Below, one piece after another: positions 1 to 15,693 of a stretch of DNA of 64,000 bases. The stretch's first letter is position 1. Every line of letters begins with the position of its first letter. The notes under the pieces were generated by a model. That model was not told the DNA's origin, made no database searches, and was given only the letters and a program-made list of their open reading frames with translations. Origin of the DNA: the human T2T-CHM13v2.0 reference genome, Homo sapiens. The DNA lies in the NCBI RefSeq assembly GCF_009914755.1, contig NC_060934.1. The stretch is one strand, 5' to 3'. Both the position numbers and the translations under genes were made by a program.

Positions 1-147
1 GAAAAGTCCCTCAAAATCACTAATCATGAAGGAATTGCACTTCATTCTTCAGCCCAACCCAAACTTAGTTGCTTTACAATAATATACCAAGGAAGTATAG
101 ATAGTGATGTAAATTCTTGTTGTTGTTGCAGTTTTAAAAATTGTTGT

Positions 148-498
<351 letters not shown>

Positions 499-2094
499 TT
501 ATTGAATAAGTTCTTTGTTCCTATCATTGTGTTAAGTGCTTCAATTACATCATCTAATTCTCCCAAAAACTCTATTAGGGCAATAGCACAATTATGTCTA
601 TTTATGGATGAGAAAAACACATCTAAGTCTATGTATCTGGTAGGGGGAAAAACTAGCATTGGATCCAGCTGTGTCTCCTATAGTCCACTAGTTCATAACC
701 ACTTAGCACGTTATCCCTGTTCTCCTTCACCTTCCATTTCTTTAAAAAAGCAATACAATTCTTAAAAATGTACTCCTGTAAAATCACCCTTGTACATAAG
801 TATCATTTCTATTTCAATTGAAAGGCAGTCTTAATGGACGGTTTGGCAAACCAGAAATGTTTGTAGTGCCATATGTCTCAGAAGGCTGGAGTGTACAGAA
901 TTCTAAGTGAAAAACTGAGTTGTCGATATGTCTACTGGATTTTTACATAATAACAATAGGCTAATAAATATTTAACCTTTCTTAAATCTAGCTGCTGTGG
1001 AAGCGATGTCTGTTTTATTATTTTCATAACAAAAACAAACAAAATAAACAAAATAGTCTAAAAGATGAGATCTTTGAAGGCATATCCCATAGAGTATGCC
1101 TCATAGGGTCTTGAATATGATAAACCTTCAGTAAGTTTCTGATGCGTGACTAGAACAGTGGTTTTGAAATAGACCATAATGCATTGTTTTGCTCTAAAGT
1201 CTATTTGGGTGAAATCCTTATATTCTCAAGTAACTTAATTTGCTCCCCAGTGTAAATATTTAAACTTTTTACTTTTCATAAAACAAAATTAAAGCAAGCA
1301 GTATTTTAGCTAAATGTCGTATAGTTTTGGTTCCAGATAGTGAACCAGGAAGTATTCCTGAATTGTAAGCTACCTTTATTAAGATAATATGTTAGTCATA
1401 TTTTCTAAAGGGCTCATAGGTTTTTAAACTTTCAGAGAGAAAATGGTTTCATACTTATTTTATGCACATAATCCTCATGAATATGATACTAATTGGACTA
1501 CAGTAAATGGAAAATAATAAAGGAAACAATGAATATCAGATTTTACATATTTGCTTCTTTACAAAAATCAATTCCTGAAATGGATGGAATGTAATGTGGT
1601 GCTATCAAAACCTTTGTGGTTAAATTTACTTTTAAACTTTTTGCTTTATTATCTTTTGGCGGCTAGAAAACCTTTGATTAATCTCTGTGAAAGAAATTAA
1701 ACTTTAAACCTTACACACTAAAGAGAAAACGCTTCCAAGGTACACAGTGAATAAGCTTATTAACTTTAAAATTAATCAGTCAACACTAGCAAATTCACAG
1801 TTAGGAAACTATGCTGATAATTATATAATACTTACATTATGCTCCTATTTGATTTACTCTATTTGCTAATTTCTCAGTAATAATAATTCATTATATTTTT
1901 GATAGCCTATAATTTCTATTGCAAAGATTTCAATTTGCACTCTTTACATACTTTTGGTTTTATGACAGAATTTTAAAATGATATGCAAACTTGAGTTTAG
2001 AGAAATAATTATGCAGATACAAGAAGTATGATGGATAACTTCCAAAATAGGCAGATTCATCCTCACCCTCAAAGCACAGTAACATGGAATGAAA

Positions 2095-2320
2095 GGGTTT
2101 GGGTTTGACTTCTACCTCTATCACTTATTAGTTTAAATGTTTGTGTAATTATTTAACCTGTCTAAGCCTCAGTTTTCTTCTCTGTAAAATGAGGGTAATT
2201 GAAACGTCTACCTCCTAGCAACTTTGTGAACATTGATGAGGTAGTCTACCTTAATGCATTTAGTGTTGGAAGAGTAACTGACACATGGCAAGAACTCAAT
2301 ACATCTTAGCTATTATTTTT
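2095..2320. mobile_element. MIR SINE fragment
   Basis: MIR core TTTAACCTGTCTAAGCCTCAGTTTTCTTCTCTGTAAAATGAGG. Boundaries approximate. Confidence 0.7.
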
Positions 2321-5300
2321 ATTAACATGTCAGGAACTTTTTAGGAGTAAAAGATCATTTGGTTCTTTTGAAGTTTATATAGACATAAATATGTCCATGT
2401 TGATTATGAGGGACCTGATAAAACAAATATTAAATACATTAAGGATGTTTCTAACAATTGTGGTTTATTGGTAGCATTTATAACAGTAACATAAAATATT
2501 ACTTACAATAATGAAGATCCCTACGAACAAATCATATTTGTAATAATGAGTCTAATTATAATGGATTAATAGCATAATTAGAATTGTGGTAACTATTTAA
2601 AAGTGAGTTAGAAAATATTAACATTATATATATGTTAATATAGATTGTTTATGCCAATATGGAATTGCAAATTTGTGAAAGCTAGGAGATAGCACTCAAG
2701 GAACTTATGTTGCCTGAAAAAAGAACTGCATGTAGGAAAAACAACCCTCGACCAGAGAAATAGACACGCCTGAAAATAAAAAGACATTTTCTTTAAGAAA
2801 ATGGAATCACATGGTAAGTCAAGAGAGGGCAAGACATCTCACTGGGACTCAATATTGTGCTATTCTTTCATAGCATGCAGAGTAGTGGACTATTAACATT
2901 TGACAAAGACTCTATTGAAGCAACACAGAGATAATTTGCATGCAAGTCAGGAGAAATGCTTATGCCACAACACTGCATTTTATATAAAATGAAAACATGA
3001 AAATACAATTCTATTAAGACTGTTTTTTGGAATCACAGCTGAAATTTCACAGGCTTCATGCTTTCTCTGCTCTGTGAGATCTTATTGGATACATTCATTA
3101 TGAACTGACCATATATGAAGGAAAAATAAAGTAACCAGGAATAAATGATTTCTTTTCAGAGATGAAAATTTAAGATTAATATAGAGTGAAAGGGTAACAA
3201 GTCAGAATTTTATCGTCACTGATAACTTGTTCCAAACCTTTTTCCCTGAAAAAAGTACTTTGTTACAAATACATCATTTATTTTATTTGACCACTATTTT
3301 AAATTCACTTAATCAGTTAAAATTGGTGGAAGACTTCATAAGTGCTTTGAATAGGTATGCAACTGTAGGATTAATCAGGCACACAGATCTTGTTCTCAAA
3401 AAGCTTATGGTCAAGAAGGAAGGTTAAGAGTATGTGATCAGGCAGGAAGAGCTCAAGCTCTAAGAGATGTACTGTGAAGTCCATTATGCTGTGAACAGGC
3501 AAAATTATATGTAAGTGCTAGTTCTTCAGATAAGATTCAGGATTATGATCTCTGGGCTATTTACAGAGATAATGTTAAATCATACACTTAAGCTCTTCTT
3601 ACTATTAAGTTGTAGCAATAATTCCTTTATTCGTCCATACCTCAAACATTTATAGAATATCTGCTCTGCCAGGCATTGAGCCTATAAAAATGAGTTAACC
3701 TTTCATGGGGTTCATAGTGTAGTAACAGAGACATCACACTATATTGTATTTTATTTTCTTGTCTCAGTGCTAGAGCTGAAATATGAACCAGGTATATAGG
3801 GGCAAATGGGATGTAAGTTTAGGGTACAAGCATAATAATTGTTGTTAGGCTTGGCTTAAAAATAATCAATTTAGAAATACAGAGATTTAAATCTTAGGGG
3901 TCATAAAGTTGACCTTCTTCATTTTACACAAGACAAAATGTTCAGAGAAGATAAATGATTTGCTCAATGTTACATGGGTTATTGGCAACTGAACTGAAAG
4001 TTGGATCCACCTTTGGCTCTTTCAGTTCCAAGCCATTCCTCTTCTGATCAAGCCCACTGCCTCAGGAGGGTTAATAGTTAACATAAATGTTTTATGTAGA
4101 GTCTGAGCCAAATAAAGCATGCCTAAATGGCTATTTTAAAGGAAAATAAATTAGTGATATGAGCAGCTTAATAGCAGGTACCAGATTAGAAATAGACTTA
4201 CTCTGCAAAGACCAACAAAGGAATTAATGCAACTCTATGAAGATATTGTCTTACAAATTAGAGAGTCATCAATATTCTGCATGAATCTGATGTGAATGCC
4301 GAGAGACATTTTGTAGAATGTTAAAAAATGTAAAAACTGGGGACAGTTTTATAAATCCAATAGGAAAATTTCCATGCCTAGTCAGAGGTGAATACAAATG
4401 GAATTGTTTTTTTTCAAACTACAATTCCCTGTGATAAGGCTAAAGTAGGCTCTTAATAAATTAAGGATGTCTTCTTTGTCTTCTTTTTCTTGACCTTTTT
4501 CTTCTTTTGCCACACAGGAATCTGTAGGCCTATATTCAACAGCTGATAGAGAAAAAAATTAGGACTCTAGGATAGTTATTGTAATAAGACAGTCTGGAAG
4601 CGTGACTCTCTGCCGTCGAGTAGCTGTTGACTTAGGACAGGTTACTAAATCTCACTGAGCCTCAATTTCCTCATTTAAAATGTGACATATGTAATATAAA
4701 ACTATTAGGGCTCCTTCCAGCTTAAAAACTCGATGTCTTCTCAGTAGATAATAGTTGCTTGTTCAAAAGGTACCTCCAAAAACGGTTAGCTGAGCTTTGT
4801 GTTCTACTTAATACGCACTGGTAAATAAAGTAGCTGATAACTAAGAATAGAAAGAAAAATGATAGCTCACTCATTTTAATGAGAATGCTGTAAGCATATG
4901 CAATGGTTTATTATTAAACTATTCCACTAGTGGAGAAATTGGAAAAATCACAATAAAATTTTTCAATTTTCCATTTCAGTAACTTTATTGAATTGCCAAG
5001 GCATATAACAACAGCCAAAGTTGATACATTAAATGTGGATGTTTAAGAACAAAGTTAATATGTAATATTATTGTTTCTCATTTTAGTCCTTTTCTGCCAA
5101 ACCCCTCCAAAGTTAAATAAATCTTCTTTCTTACTTATTGCTAAAAAGTGTCTTGCTATTTCTGATAGTTTGAATATTTTTTCAGTTAATTCTTTATTAT
5201 TATGTAAAGGTTGTAAATCACTATGGATTTCTATTTCTTTACTGCCAAGTATAATACAATGTCAATATCCCCTTCCTTTCCAGAGTCTGTCTTATGGTTT

Positions 5301-6062
5301 CTATTTTCAGTTTATGATCCTTGTGTCTATATTTGGTAAAAGTCTGCTTATGTTTTTCAAATCTGATGTAAGGCAATCTTTTAACAAAATGTTTCTGAGT
5401 GGAACCTAAAGCAATCTGAATTATAATTTTAGATATATGCTTCCCAAGAAAGCAATATAATTTTTTTTTCAAGGAGAGAGTTGCTATTTGGTTTCAAGTG
5501 TTGTTACATTTTATGTATTCACACTATATTTAATAATATTCTCATCTTTTTCTTTGACTATCAGGAACTGCCTGCCTCCTGACCCAGATTCCCTCTTTGT
5601 GCTTCCATACCGGGACAGAGGAAATTTCTTCTGGGCTCTAGGCACTGTTTGCTGCAACCGCTGTGGGCCTTTACTGTGGCCACTAGGGGTCTTTGGCTTT
5701 GCTCACAGTCTAACAATTAATTAGAAAGAGCAATTTTTTAAAGAAGTTACACAAAGAGCTCATTATAACCTATGTTCCTTTGCCTTAAGAGTTCTCAGTA
5801 GATGAGTATGATCCACAAGGGCACATGATCAATACCCTCTAAGGATGATCGCTGATGGCCTGGATTTTTTGCTAGAGAGGAGATTGTCAGGCTTCTGTAG
5901 CTGAGATTCCCCAAATCTCAGCCCTATTCTTGTCCTTTCTGAGGTTTGGTTGGTCATCATCTTTAATTCTACAAGAAACTCTTGCATTCTTCTATTTTTC
6001 TTCTTTTTTTGCCTTAAATTATGCATTTTCAGTTTTGTGCTTGCAGCCCAAGAATGCTCGCT

Positions 6063-6364
6063 GTCTTTGTCAGCTCTGGCTGCTGTAACAAGTTACCATA
6101 GAATGGTTAGCTTAGACAATAAGCATTTATTTCTGACAGTTCTGGAGGATGAAAGTCTGAGATCAGGGTGCCAGGATGGTTGGGTTCTGATAAGGATCCT
6201 CTTCCTGGCTTGTAGATAGCTGTTCTATCCTTTTTCTTATGAGGGTACTAATCCCAGCATGATAGCTTCACCTTCCAAAGGCCCTACCTTCAAATAATAT
6301 GGCATTGGGGAATGGGTATTCAACATATGAATTTTGGAGGAACAAAAACATGTGGTCCATAACA
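6063..6364 (-). mobile_element. MLT1A-type MaLR solo LTR
   Basis: GGCTGCTGTAACAAGTTACCATAGA...CAGTTCTGGAGG...TTCAACATATGAATTTTGG...CCATAACA matches the MLT1A antisense pattern. Confidence 0.8.
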
Positions 6365-8488
6365 AATACCGATGATAACTTGGTATATTATTTTGCTCTA
6401 TTTGTATAACAGAACAACACATTACCTGTGCTCAAATAATACACATGAATTCCATTGTTATTGACTGCAAATGCTGAGAGGAATGAATTTGACTTCTTCC
6501 CATTCTATCTCTTCAGTCAATGACAGCAGAATTGATATTCTATTTGTTCCTAGGTCCTGATGTCAGCTGAAGAGAGAAATGGTGCCTCATAGAGTGTCCT
6601 CGGCTTACCTTTCTGTCTGGAGGGTGTCTACTCAATTCAAGCGTAAAACGTTTTTGAGAGAAGACCCAATTTTCCTATTTTGCCATTCCAGTGGTTTTTG
6701 GCAAGCCAGGACACCCGTTCATCCTTTCGGAAACTGATCTAGCTGTCATGTTTGCCTTAGCTGAGCCAGGAACTGCACCCACACAGACTCTTTGTTGGGC
6801 CAGTCAAATCTCTGCTCATTTACTAGGAAACTTCTCTTTCTCCTCGAGTTTTCCTAGAGAAAGATATTTATACATGTATTTGTACATGGATTTCTCCTAT
6901 AAAATGATGACAGTGTGGATTTTGATTTGACTTTTCTCCAAGATGATGCCTCTTAAGTCACCCTTCTTATTTTATTGTTATTATTTCTATGAAATCATTT
7001 AACTGGAACCTTTCTAACTACACAAATCATCTACATCTGCAGAGTCTTCACTGCTCCTTCACCAAGAAACCTTACACCACAACAGATCATAGTGATTATA
7101 CTATGTAATTTTGAAACTTATAGCATTTAAAAATATATCTGTGGCTCAAAAAATAAATTCAAGGTCCTTTTCTGATATGAAATTGTGTGTGTGAAGATCC
7201 ACTATAGAAAGTAAAATTAAAAAAAACAACCAAAAAAACCTGAGAGTGACCGTGGTGGAGGTGGAAGCCAGGATGTGGGATTGGGCTGAAACTCGATGTA
7301 TTTGATACTTCTCTTATTTTCTGTGCAGCTTTGAGAGCTACCCTACTCCCACCCCAACACTTGGGGTTACCTGGAGCACAGTTTGCAAACTACTGATCTC
7401 AATATTGTTCACTTAACACTTAACCAGTTACTGTCCTTTGATATTTTTTGCACTGCAACCTTGTTATTATATTTTGCATGGTTATTTAACTTTCCAAGTA
7501 TTTGTGTTGACTTCCCCAGGAGGTTGTAATTTTCTTGAAAGTAGAAACAGTATCTTGTATCTCAGAGAGGAGCCAAATCTAAATCCACATAGCCAAAGTT
7601 AGTACTCAGCTTGTGAATATGGAGCTCTGTCAATTATTAATTGATCATTGATTCTGTCTGGTCTTAGACTCAGAGGAGGAAACCGTTCAGGAACATGGAC
7701 ATGAGTAGGTAGTTAAGTCTAAGTAGCACAATCAGGTGGTAAGTTGGGCTCTTGCTCTGAAAGGTCAAGATATGGATCCTAGGCTGCTGACATTCTTACA
7801 AAAGAATGCCATCAGGCACAGTGATTCAGAAAACAGTGCATACTTTTTACTAACGGCAATATTTACTTGATATAACTGAACGGATAGGTGTATAAAAGAC
7901 TCAGAATATGGCTCCACCTATTCCAAGTGTGATTTTGATGTGCACAAGGTTTCAAATCACAAGTGGAATTGATATCAGATTCTGTCCTTATCCCTTCATA
8001 GAACACTGTTCAATACCCAAGAAATCAGAAAAGATATGGGAAACTAAGTTCTCTTATCAAAACTAGCAATGTGACTAATTACATGGAGAATGAATGGGCA
8101 GTATTATAAGCAACACTTCAATAGTCAGCTTAGGATAAAATTTTTCGTTCTGTTCATTGGTGTTACCACTGTCTAATGGCCAGCATGACTCAAAAAATAT
8201 ATTTGTATCCACAATAGTTGGTGACTCCCATGATTGTTATTTATCCAACATACAATATCTGAAGATGGTTGTGTTTTTCAATATGTTTTATAATCATAAA
8301 CCACTTGTTTCTCTCCATGTGAACTAAATGTTTTATAAAGGAAGAATAAACATATAACATATGCTATAAGATGAAACTTCTTTAATATCTATTATAAAGC
8401 TCTAACTTGTTATTTTAAAAAAAGTTAAAACTCGCTTGAACAAAGATCATATTGGAAATATTTAGTGGGAAGTGCTTATATAGCAATC

Positions 8489-8646
8489 TATAGTAGAAAG
8501 AATATAGTATATATATATGTAGTAGAAAGTAGTATATTCTTCTACTATATAGTAGAAAGTAGTATATTCTTTACTACTTTCTATACTATAGAATATAGTA
8601 TATTCTTTCTATTATAAAAAGAATGTAATATATTCTTTCTACTATA
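8489..8646. repeat. AT-rich direct and inverted repeat cluster
   Basis: Repeated TAGTAGAAAG / CTTTCTACTA units. The 18-bp ends (8489-8506 and 8629-8646) are exact reverse complements. Confidence 0.8.
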
Positions 8647-9855
8647 TTTAGTATAAAGTGATTATATAGTGATCTCCTGTTGCTTAAAAAAGTACCTTCA
8701 AATTTCCAAAGACTAGGTAGTACAAATAACTGGTATCATTACAGAGGAATTACACATGCCTGGCCGTTTGACAAAAGTGTCTAGGCAGAATTTTTGAATC
8801 CAATTTTTATTATTAATAATATAAGGTATGCACACATTCTCATCTTCTGAAGAGTGTCTCCACACATGAGATCTTATTCCCTTTTACAAGTACCCTCTGC
8901 AGGAGAAATGAACAGAAATGGCTGTGATCCTTTTACTGCTGGAGCAGCTGAAGAACAAAGAAGTGGTTGATTTGCCACTGTCACAAATGGATTGGGTTGA
9001 AATGAAGATCTCTGGTCTCCTAGCCCAGTGCTCTATTCACCAGCCATGAAGTCTCAGTCTTGCTTCCCCACTGGCATCATGGATGTGAGGATGAGACACA
9101 CTCCATGGATAATCACATATCACAGTTCTAGAGATTTTCATGGGACATGTGTATGTGTGTTGGAGGGGGTGTTTCAAAGGGGGTGTCTCAGAATTTTGGT
9201 GGGGTTACTGAGTGTAGTTTTAAAATGCTCCAAGAAATCCCCTACTCTTTTAAAATCATAGTAGCATTAATGCATTTTCTGTGCTTTTCCCAAATCTTTC
9301 ATTCTATACCTCCTAAGCTTTCCCTTGGGAGTCCAGAAATCTTTTTACTTGGGAAGCTAAAATGCTTCCTCGTTGGACTTACTTTTTATATAATATATGT
9401 TGGCTGTTTCATTTATACAGTGAGCCCTTTGCCGTATTGATTATTTGGGATTTGGTTCAAAGCCAACCTGCTGCCCAGTGAAACCCAACCTCTCTCTCCT
9501 GACAGATTGTGACCTGGCTTCTGGCTATACGTTTCCCTACACCCTTGAAAGAGCACAGTGTGCTCCTCTCCTTTCTGCTTACCCCCTGAATCCTGGCTGA
9601 ATCAGCCAAATATTTTCCACGCTAACAATAGTAATGAGTATGAGGTAGCCCTGTCTTCCTGGGAAGGTGGTCCCAGGATGAAGGAGAGGTGGAGAGAATG
9701 TGACTCTGTCTGTTGCTGGGACAATGAAGTATTCTGCTCAAGACACTCCTTGGTGAGATACGGAGACAACAAAGGGATATGACTGAGTTTCCAAAGAACG
9801 TAGGAAGGCATGATCATAGCTGTGATGTGAGGTAGTCTGGGTTGGGGAGAGTGGG

Positions 9856-10226
9856 TGTCTTAGTCCATCTGGGCTGCTCTAACAAAATACCATAGAATGG
9901 GTGGCTTATAAACAAAAGAAACGTATTTTTCTCAGTTCTGAAGGATGAGAAGTCCAAGATCAAGGTGCTGGCAGGTTCCATGTCTAGCGAGGGCTTGATT
10001 CCTAGTTTATAGACGGCTGTCTTCTCACTGAGTCATCACATAGCAGAAGAAGCAAGGAAGCTCTCTGGGGTTTCTTTTATGAGGGTATTAATCCCATTCT
10101 TGGAGGCTCCACTGTCATGACTTAATCACCTTCTAAAGGCTTCACTTCTTAATACCATCATATTGTGGGTTAGCATTTCAACATATGAATTTTGGGGGAA
10201 CATAACATAAGCATTCAGTCTATAGC
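9856..10226 (-). mobile_element. MLT1A-type MaLR solo LTR
   Basis: TGTCTTAGTCCATCTGGGCTGC...AAGTCCAAGATCAAGGTGCTGGCAG...TTTCAACATATGAATTTTGGGGG. Confidence 0.85.
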
Positions 10227-10389
10227 GGTAGGCAATGGGGGTGTCATATTCATTACTCCCTAACCCCCAAATTCCAGGGAAAAAAACATTAGTAACTGTC
10301 AGAAACATGATAGAGCCAAGTAACAGATATTTGCTGAAGGTCTACCGAAGTAGTAAAATTAATGACTAACACACAGAATGTGCTGACAG

Positions 10390-10605
10390 TGTGGTGTGTC
10401 AGGTGGTGTGTGGAACACTTTGCACTCATTATTTACTTAATCCTTACAAAAACCTGTGAAGTATGTCATGATTTTACAGGTGAGGAAATAGAGGCTCAGA
10501 AAGGTACAGTAAAATGCTTACAGTTACACAGCTTGTAGGTGAAAAGCAGATTTAGATACATGTTTTCTGATCCCCAAATCCCCCATATTTAACCACCACA
10601 CTCCA
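10390..10605. mobile_element. MIR SINE fragment
   Basis: ATTTTACAGGTGAGGAAATAGAGGCTCAGA core. Confidence 0.7.
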
Positions 10606-10685
10606 TTACTAGGGGCCCAAAAATGGAGATGCTCCAGAGCGTAAAGCAGATCAGGTTATCTGCTTTCGTGAGACTTCTCTGCCAT

Positions 10686-10794
10686 CAGCGTGGCCAACTA
10701 TCTTGATTAGCCTGGGATCATCCCAGTTTTAGCACTGAATGTCTCACATTCTAGGAAACATCTCAGTTCCAGGCAAATTGAAACAACTGGTCAC
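10686..10794 (+). mobile_element. MER81-like hAT-Blackjack MITE
   Basis: Degenerate GGTGACCAAC...GTTGGTCAC terminal inverted repeats, internal CCCAGTTTTAGCACTGAA. Confidence 0.65.
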
Positions 10795-10961
10795 AAATGC
10801 TGCTGGTGCAAATCTAGGTCTCTTTTGGGAATGGAAAAACCTGTCACCACTATGTCCAAGGGATCTATGCCTCCCTTGTCATGTTATCTCTGTGAAGCCC
10901 AAACTGGAAGGAGTCAGAGGTGTGGAGGAACCCAAGACCCTTTAAAGGAGTACACTTTTCA

Positions 10962-11484
<523 letters not shown>

Positions 11485-11759
11485 CTAACTCTTCGGTCAT
11501 ATAAGTGAATCCTACTATAACAACCTCAGCATCTAGAGATACAAATGTATTATATAAGAGACTAACTCTGGACATGATTAATTTTCTACTAGGATATTCT
11601 TCAGTGAAGAGGAGAATAAAGTACCTGTATTCTTGCCACCAGTAACTCCAATTGCCACTATCATAAGCACAGGTTTAAACTGATGGAAGCTTTGCATTTT
11701 ACATTTGTTTTACATCTGTTCTTTTCCTTCACATCATTCACCTCATGCATTCTAACTGC

Positions 11760-11912
11760 ACTTTATTTATGGTTTGACCTCCTCCCTACTAGACTGTAAA
11801 CTCCTCGAGGGTAGACACTATAATTATTTTCCTCTATTATTTCATTATGCATTCAACACAAAGCATGACATGTGGTATGCCTTCAATAAATATTTCTTGA
11901 ATGAATAAATAA
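11760..11912 (+). mobile_element. L2 3' end
   Basis: CTAGACTGTAAACTCCTCGAGGG...CAATAAATATTTCTTGAATGAATAAAT. Confidence 0.7.
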
Positions 11913-12091
11913 ATCCTATATCAGAAAAATAATAGCATTTAACTTAATTTCCACTTTTTAGGCTTACCTCATGCAAAACAACAAGGGAAGAACTTACAAA
12001 GTAAAGTGTGAGTCTAAGCTGTTTTCCAGTATGCACAAAACAACTAAAATGTATTCAGTGTCTATTATGTGCCACACACATAAGCATGAAA

Positions 12092-12126
12092 TACACACAC
12101 ACACAAACACACACATACACACACAC
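12092..12126. repeat. (CA)n microsatellite, imperfect
   Basis: Read directly. Confidence 0.9.
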
Positions 12127-13959
12127 GTAAACTCACTGAATTCTTACCTAGTTTCATGAATGAAAAAAAAAGGCAGAGAGAGATTAAATCATTTGCCGAA
12201 TATTTACTAATAAGTGAGCTGAACTTATTACTGACCAGAACTTAAGCACGGGAAATCCAACTCCAGTTTTCCAAGCATTGTGGACAGCTGCCCTGCCTAC
12301 TTACTTTGTGGCTGACTTTGTGAGTGTGACCCAGCAAAATGACTCAGGCCATGCACCAGCTTCCTCATGGGGCCAATGCTCAAAAGAAATGGGCCAGAAG
12401 GTACCCTTTTCCATCCCCAAAGGGCTCTACAAATATGCTTATATAATCCAATTTGTTATTCTCTCATTAAAGAGGTTTATTTCTGGCCCAAATAAAATTG
12501 ATTTTGGCATTCACTTATTCTGATATCAGTCTTTTAGGAAAAGATGTTGATGCTACTACAGAAAGCATCTGAAGGCATAGACTTGTTGACAGTGGCAGAG
12601 AAAGGAAAGGTTGAAGCCATTCAAAGAAGGAAAAAGAAAGTGAGGCTGCTCAGATGGGATTATTATAAAGGATCGTGTGGTTGGGACTTTAAATTTAAAG
12701 TATATTACATCTAAAAACAAAATTATGATGTAGAGATCAAATAATATGTTAGCTAACAGTGCTCCACGAGTCACTCCAGCTCCGGTCTTTTCTGGGCTTT
12801 AGTAACCTGGTGTCCTGGTTTTCTGGGAAGCTGATTACACATTCTATCCTTGAAATCATGGGTCCCCCAGTGACCTTATGGCTGATGCTGCCCCAGGTAC
12901 TCTTGCAGCAAATCTCAAACTTGCCTCTTCCACAGCCACAAATAGCCCAAGTGACACAGCTAAGGGATGTACATAAGTTAAATTTTGGCCACTAATTGCT
13001 ATAATAACAGTATTACTGGGTTATTCCACTTGATATATTGGCAAAAGAGTCTTAAATATAACAAAGGGTGAGCAAGGCAAAAAATAAGTAAAATATATTT
13101 GAATCAGTATAATCTGATATTATATGCCTTATTCAGTGTATATTTGAGTCAGTATAATAAAAACTCCATAGGTAGCACTGAAATTTTGATTACTGCTATT
13201 GAATTATACATAAAGCGCGACATAATATACTTAGTTTTTAATAGAGTAAATATTCCTTAAAATGGTAGCGTGAAGAACAAAAAATAACTAGTCAACCAAA
13301 ACTTCCCCCCAATCTTCAAAAATCAGCTGAATCTCATTCAATACTAATTGCTGTAAACTTGTAAATAGTTAAGAGAAAAACATTTTTAATGAATTGATAA
13401 ATTTGGTGAATTGATTCTTTGCTTAATTGATTTTTCAGCAAAATGATTTTTAAAAACTTGCTCAGTTCCCAAAAGGCCTCCTTTTCTAAGCTGCCTTCTG
13501 AAACGTGTCATGTATCATCTCAAATGGGCATTGAATGGGAACTGCTAAAATGGCCGGGTGTTACCTACCCCAGGAGAGCCTTAGATATGTTTCCTTTTAG
13601 CTGTGCTGACAATCATTCTTCCCTGACAGGCCCTATTAAGAAAGGGTGTGGGCTTTCTTCCTTATTGTCTTCAATACTGCATTCCAGGATTTTCTTATAT
13701 GTGCTTTATCCCTTGGATGGCCTTTCTTCTTCCCAAACTTTGCTTCATTTTTCATATTCTTTCTTATCTAATTCTCATTAAATTTCTTTATATTTCCTCC
13801 TCATCCTAGGCCTATGACCTCATTCAATGTTCACCCATCCTTTCAACTAATTTCTTTCCACTCTGTGTTCCAGTGGTCACCCTTCAAGTTATTTACTATT
13901 TTATTTCTCTCTGTATCTTTTTACATCTTGAAGATATTGTCTAATACTTATTATTCTGA

Positions 13960-14230
13960 TTAGCTACTCATTAAATTCTCAACCAAATGTACTTGGCATC
14001 CAACATTTCACTCCCCTCCACTGAAATGGTTCTTAAGATCATCAATGATTTCTTAATTTCCAAACTCTGTAACCTTTTATTGGTCCACATCCCTAAAGCC
14101 ATCTATGCAATATTTGATTCTCCTTCTTCATTTGTCTTTTGACATCATTCCCTTAGTGTTCTCTTACTTTCTGCCAGGCTGTTCTTTCTTAGTATCTTTT
14201 GCTCAACTTTCCTCCATAGTTCTCTTTAAA
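13960..14230 (+). mobile_element. L2 fragment
   Basis: CCACTGAAATGGTTCTTAAGATCATCAATGA... resembles the L2 ORF2 3' region. Boundaries approximate. Confidence 0.55.
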
Positions 14231-14433
14231 GAGCTGTAGAGCTCTACACAAATGTAAGTGGAATTATTGTCATTAATTTATTGATGTTTAAATTCAAACA
14301 AGGGATGGGAGGTTTGTTTTCCATATTAAGAAGAGTACACACACACTCAAAAGTGACAAGCAAGTCACTCAGAATTCTATATAGAATACCCTTTCTTGGA
14401 CCTTGATTACTTTGGCAGAAGTAACTATGCAAT

Positions 14434-15212
<779 letters not shown>

Positions 15213-15224
15213 GTTCCCCCTCTC
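15213..15224 (-). other. Polypurine tract (PPT)
   Basis: Minus-strand GAGAGGGGGAAC immediately before the 3' LTR. Confidence 0.85.
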
Positions 15225-15271
15225 AACAGGAAAACCCAAGAGCTGTTGGGGAGGTTGGCCAATGACCGCTG

Positions 15272-15693
15272 TTAACAGCTTCCTGCTGAATTGGGGCATA
15301 GTAGGGGTCGTGCAGTTGAGATTTCCTCAGGGGGGGTGCCTTCCATGTCATTAATATCAGAGCATGGGCTAGCAGGCCAGTCCAGGGGTCCGCAGTAGAG
15401 CTTAGTCATGGACTGCATCTGGGGCTCCATTTGAAGAGCCATTTGTAGTTTTACAGCTTCAATTCTGGAAGAGACAAACTTAACAAGGAGGTTAAAGATA
15501 CAGGGATTGAAATGTATGGCCTGAAGTGCAAGGGCATATGAGTGTGGGCAGTGAAAGTGGGGTTTCCTTTAGAAAAACTCCTATACAATGGGGCATCAAT
15601 ATTTCTGGGAAGCCACATTTCTCCATAGAAGCTCTTGGTAAGGGGAGCTACTGGTAGTACAGCGGCATGGAGGAGGTGCAGTGAGAGTGAAAG
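15272..15693 (-). pseudogene. env: HERV-W env remnant: three fused fragments (SU N-terminus, short SU middle piece, TM cytoplasmic tail)
   Basis: Minus strand gives LTAPPPCRCTTSSSPYQELLWR / NIDAPLYRSFSKGNPTFTAHTHMP, then LHFRPYISIPV, then PCIFNLLVKFVSSRIEAVKLQMALQMEPQ...NSAGSC*, all syncytin-1-family motifs. Confidence 0.88.

Noticed and set aside
2700-6700. Isolated splice-like sites (donor near 2813, acceptors near 4517, 5564 and 6552, minus-strand donor near 6608) as host exons
   Set aside because: No consistent reading frame or recognisable protein. Such motifs are frequent by chance, though lncRNA exons cannot be excluded without transcript data.
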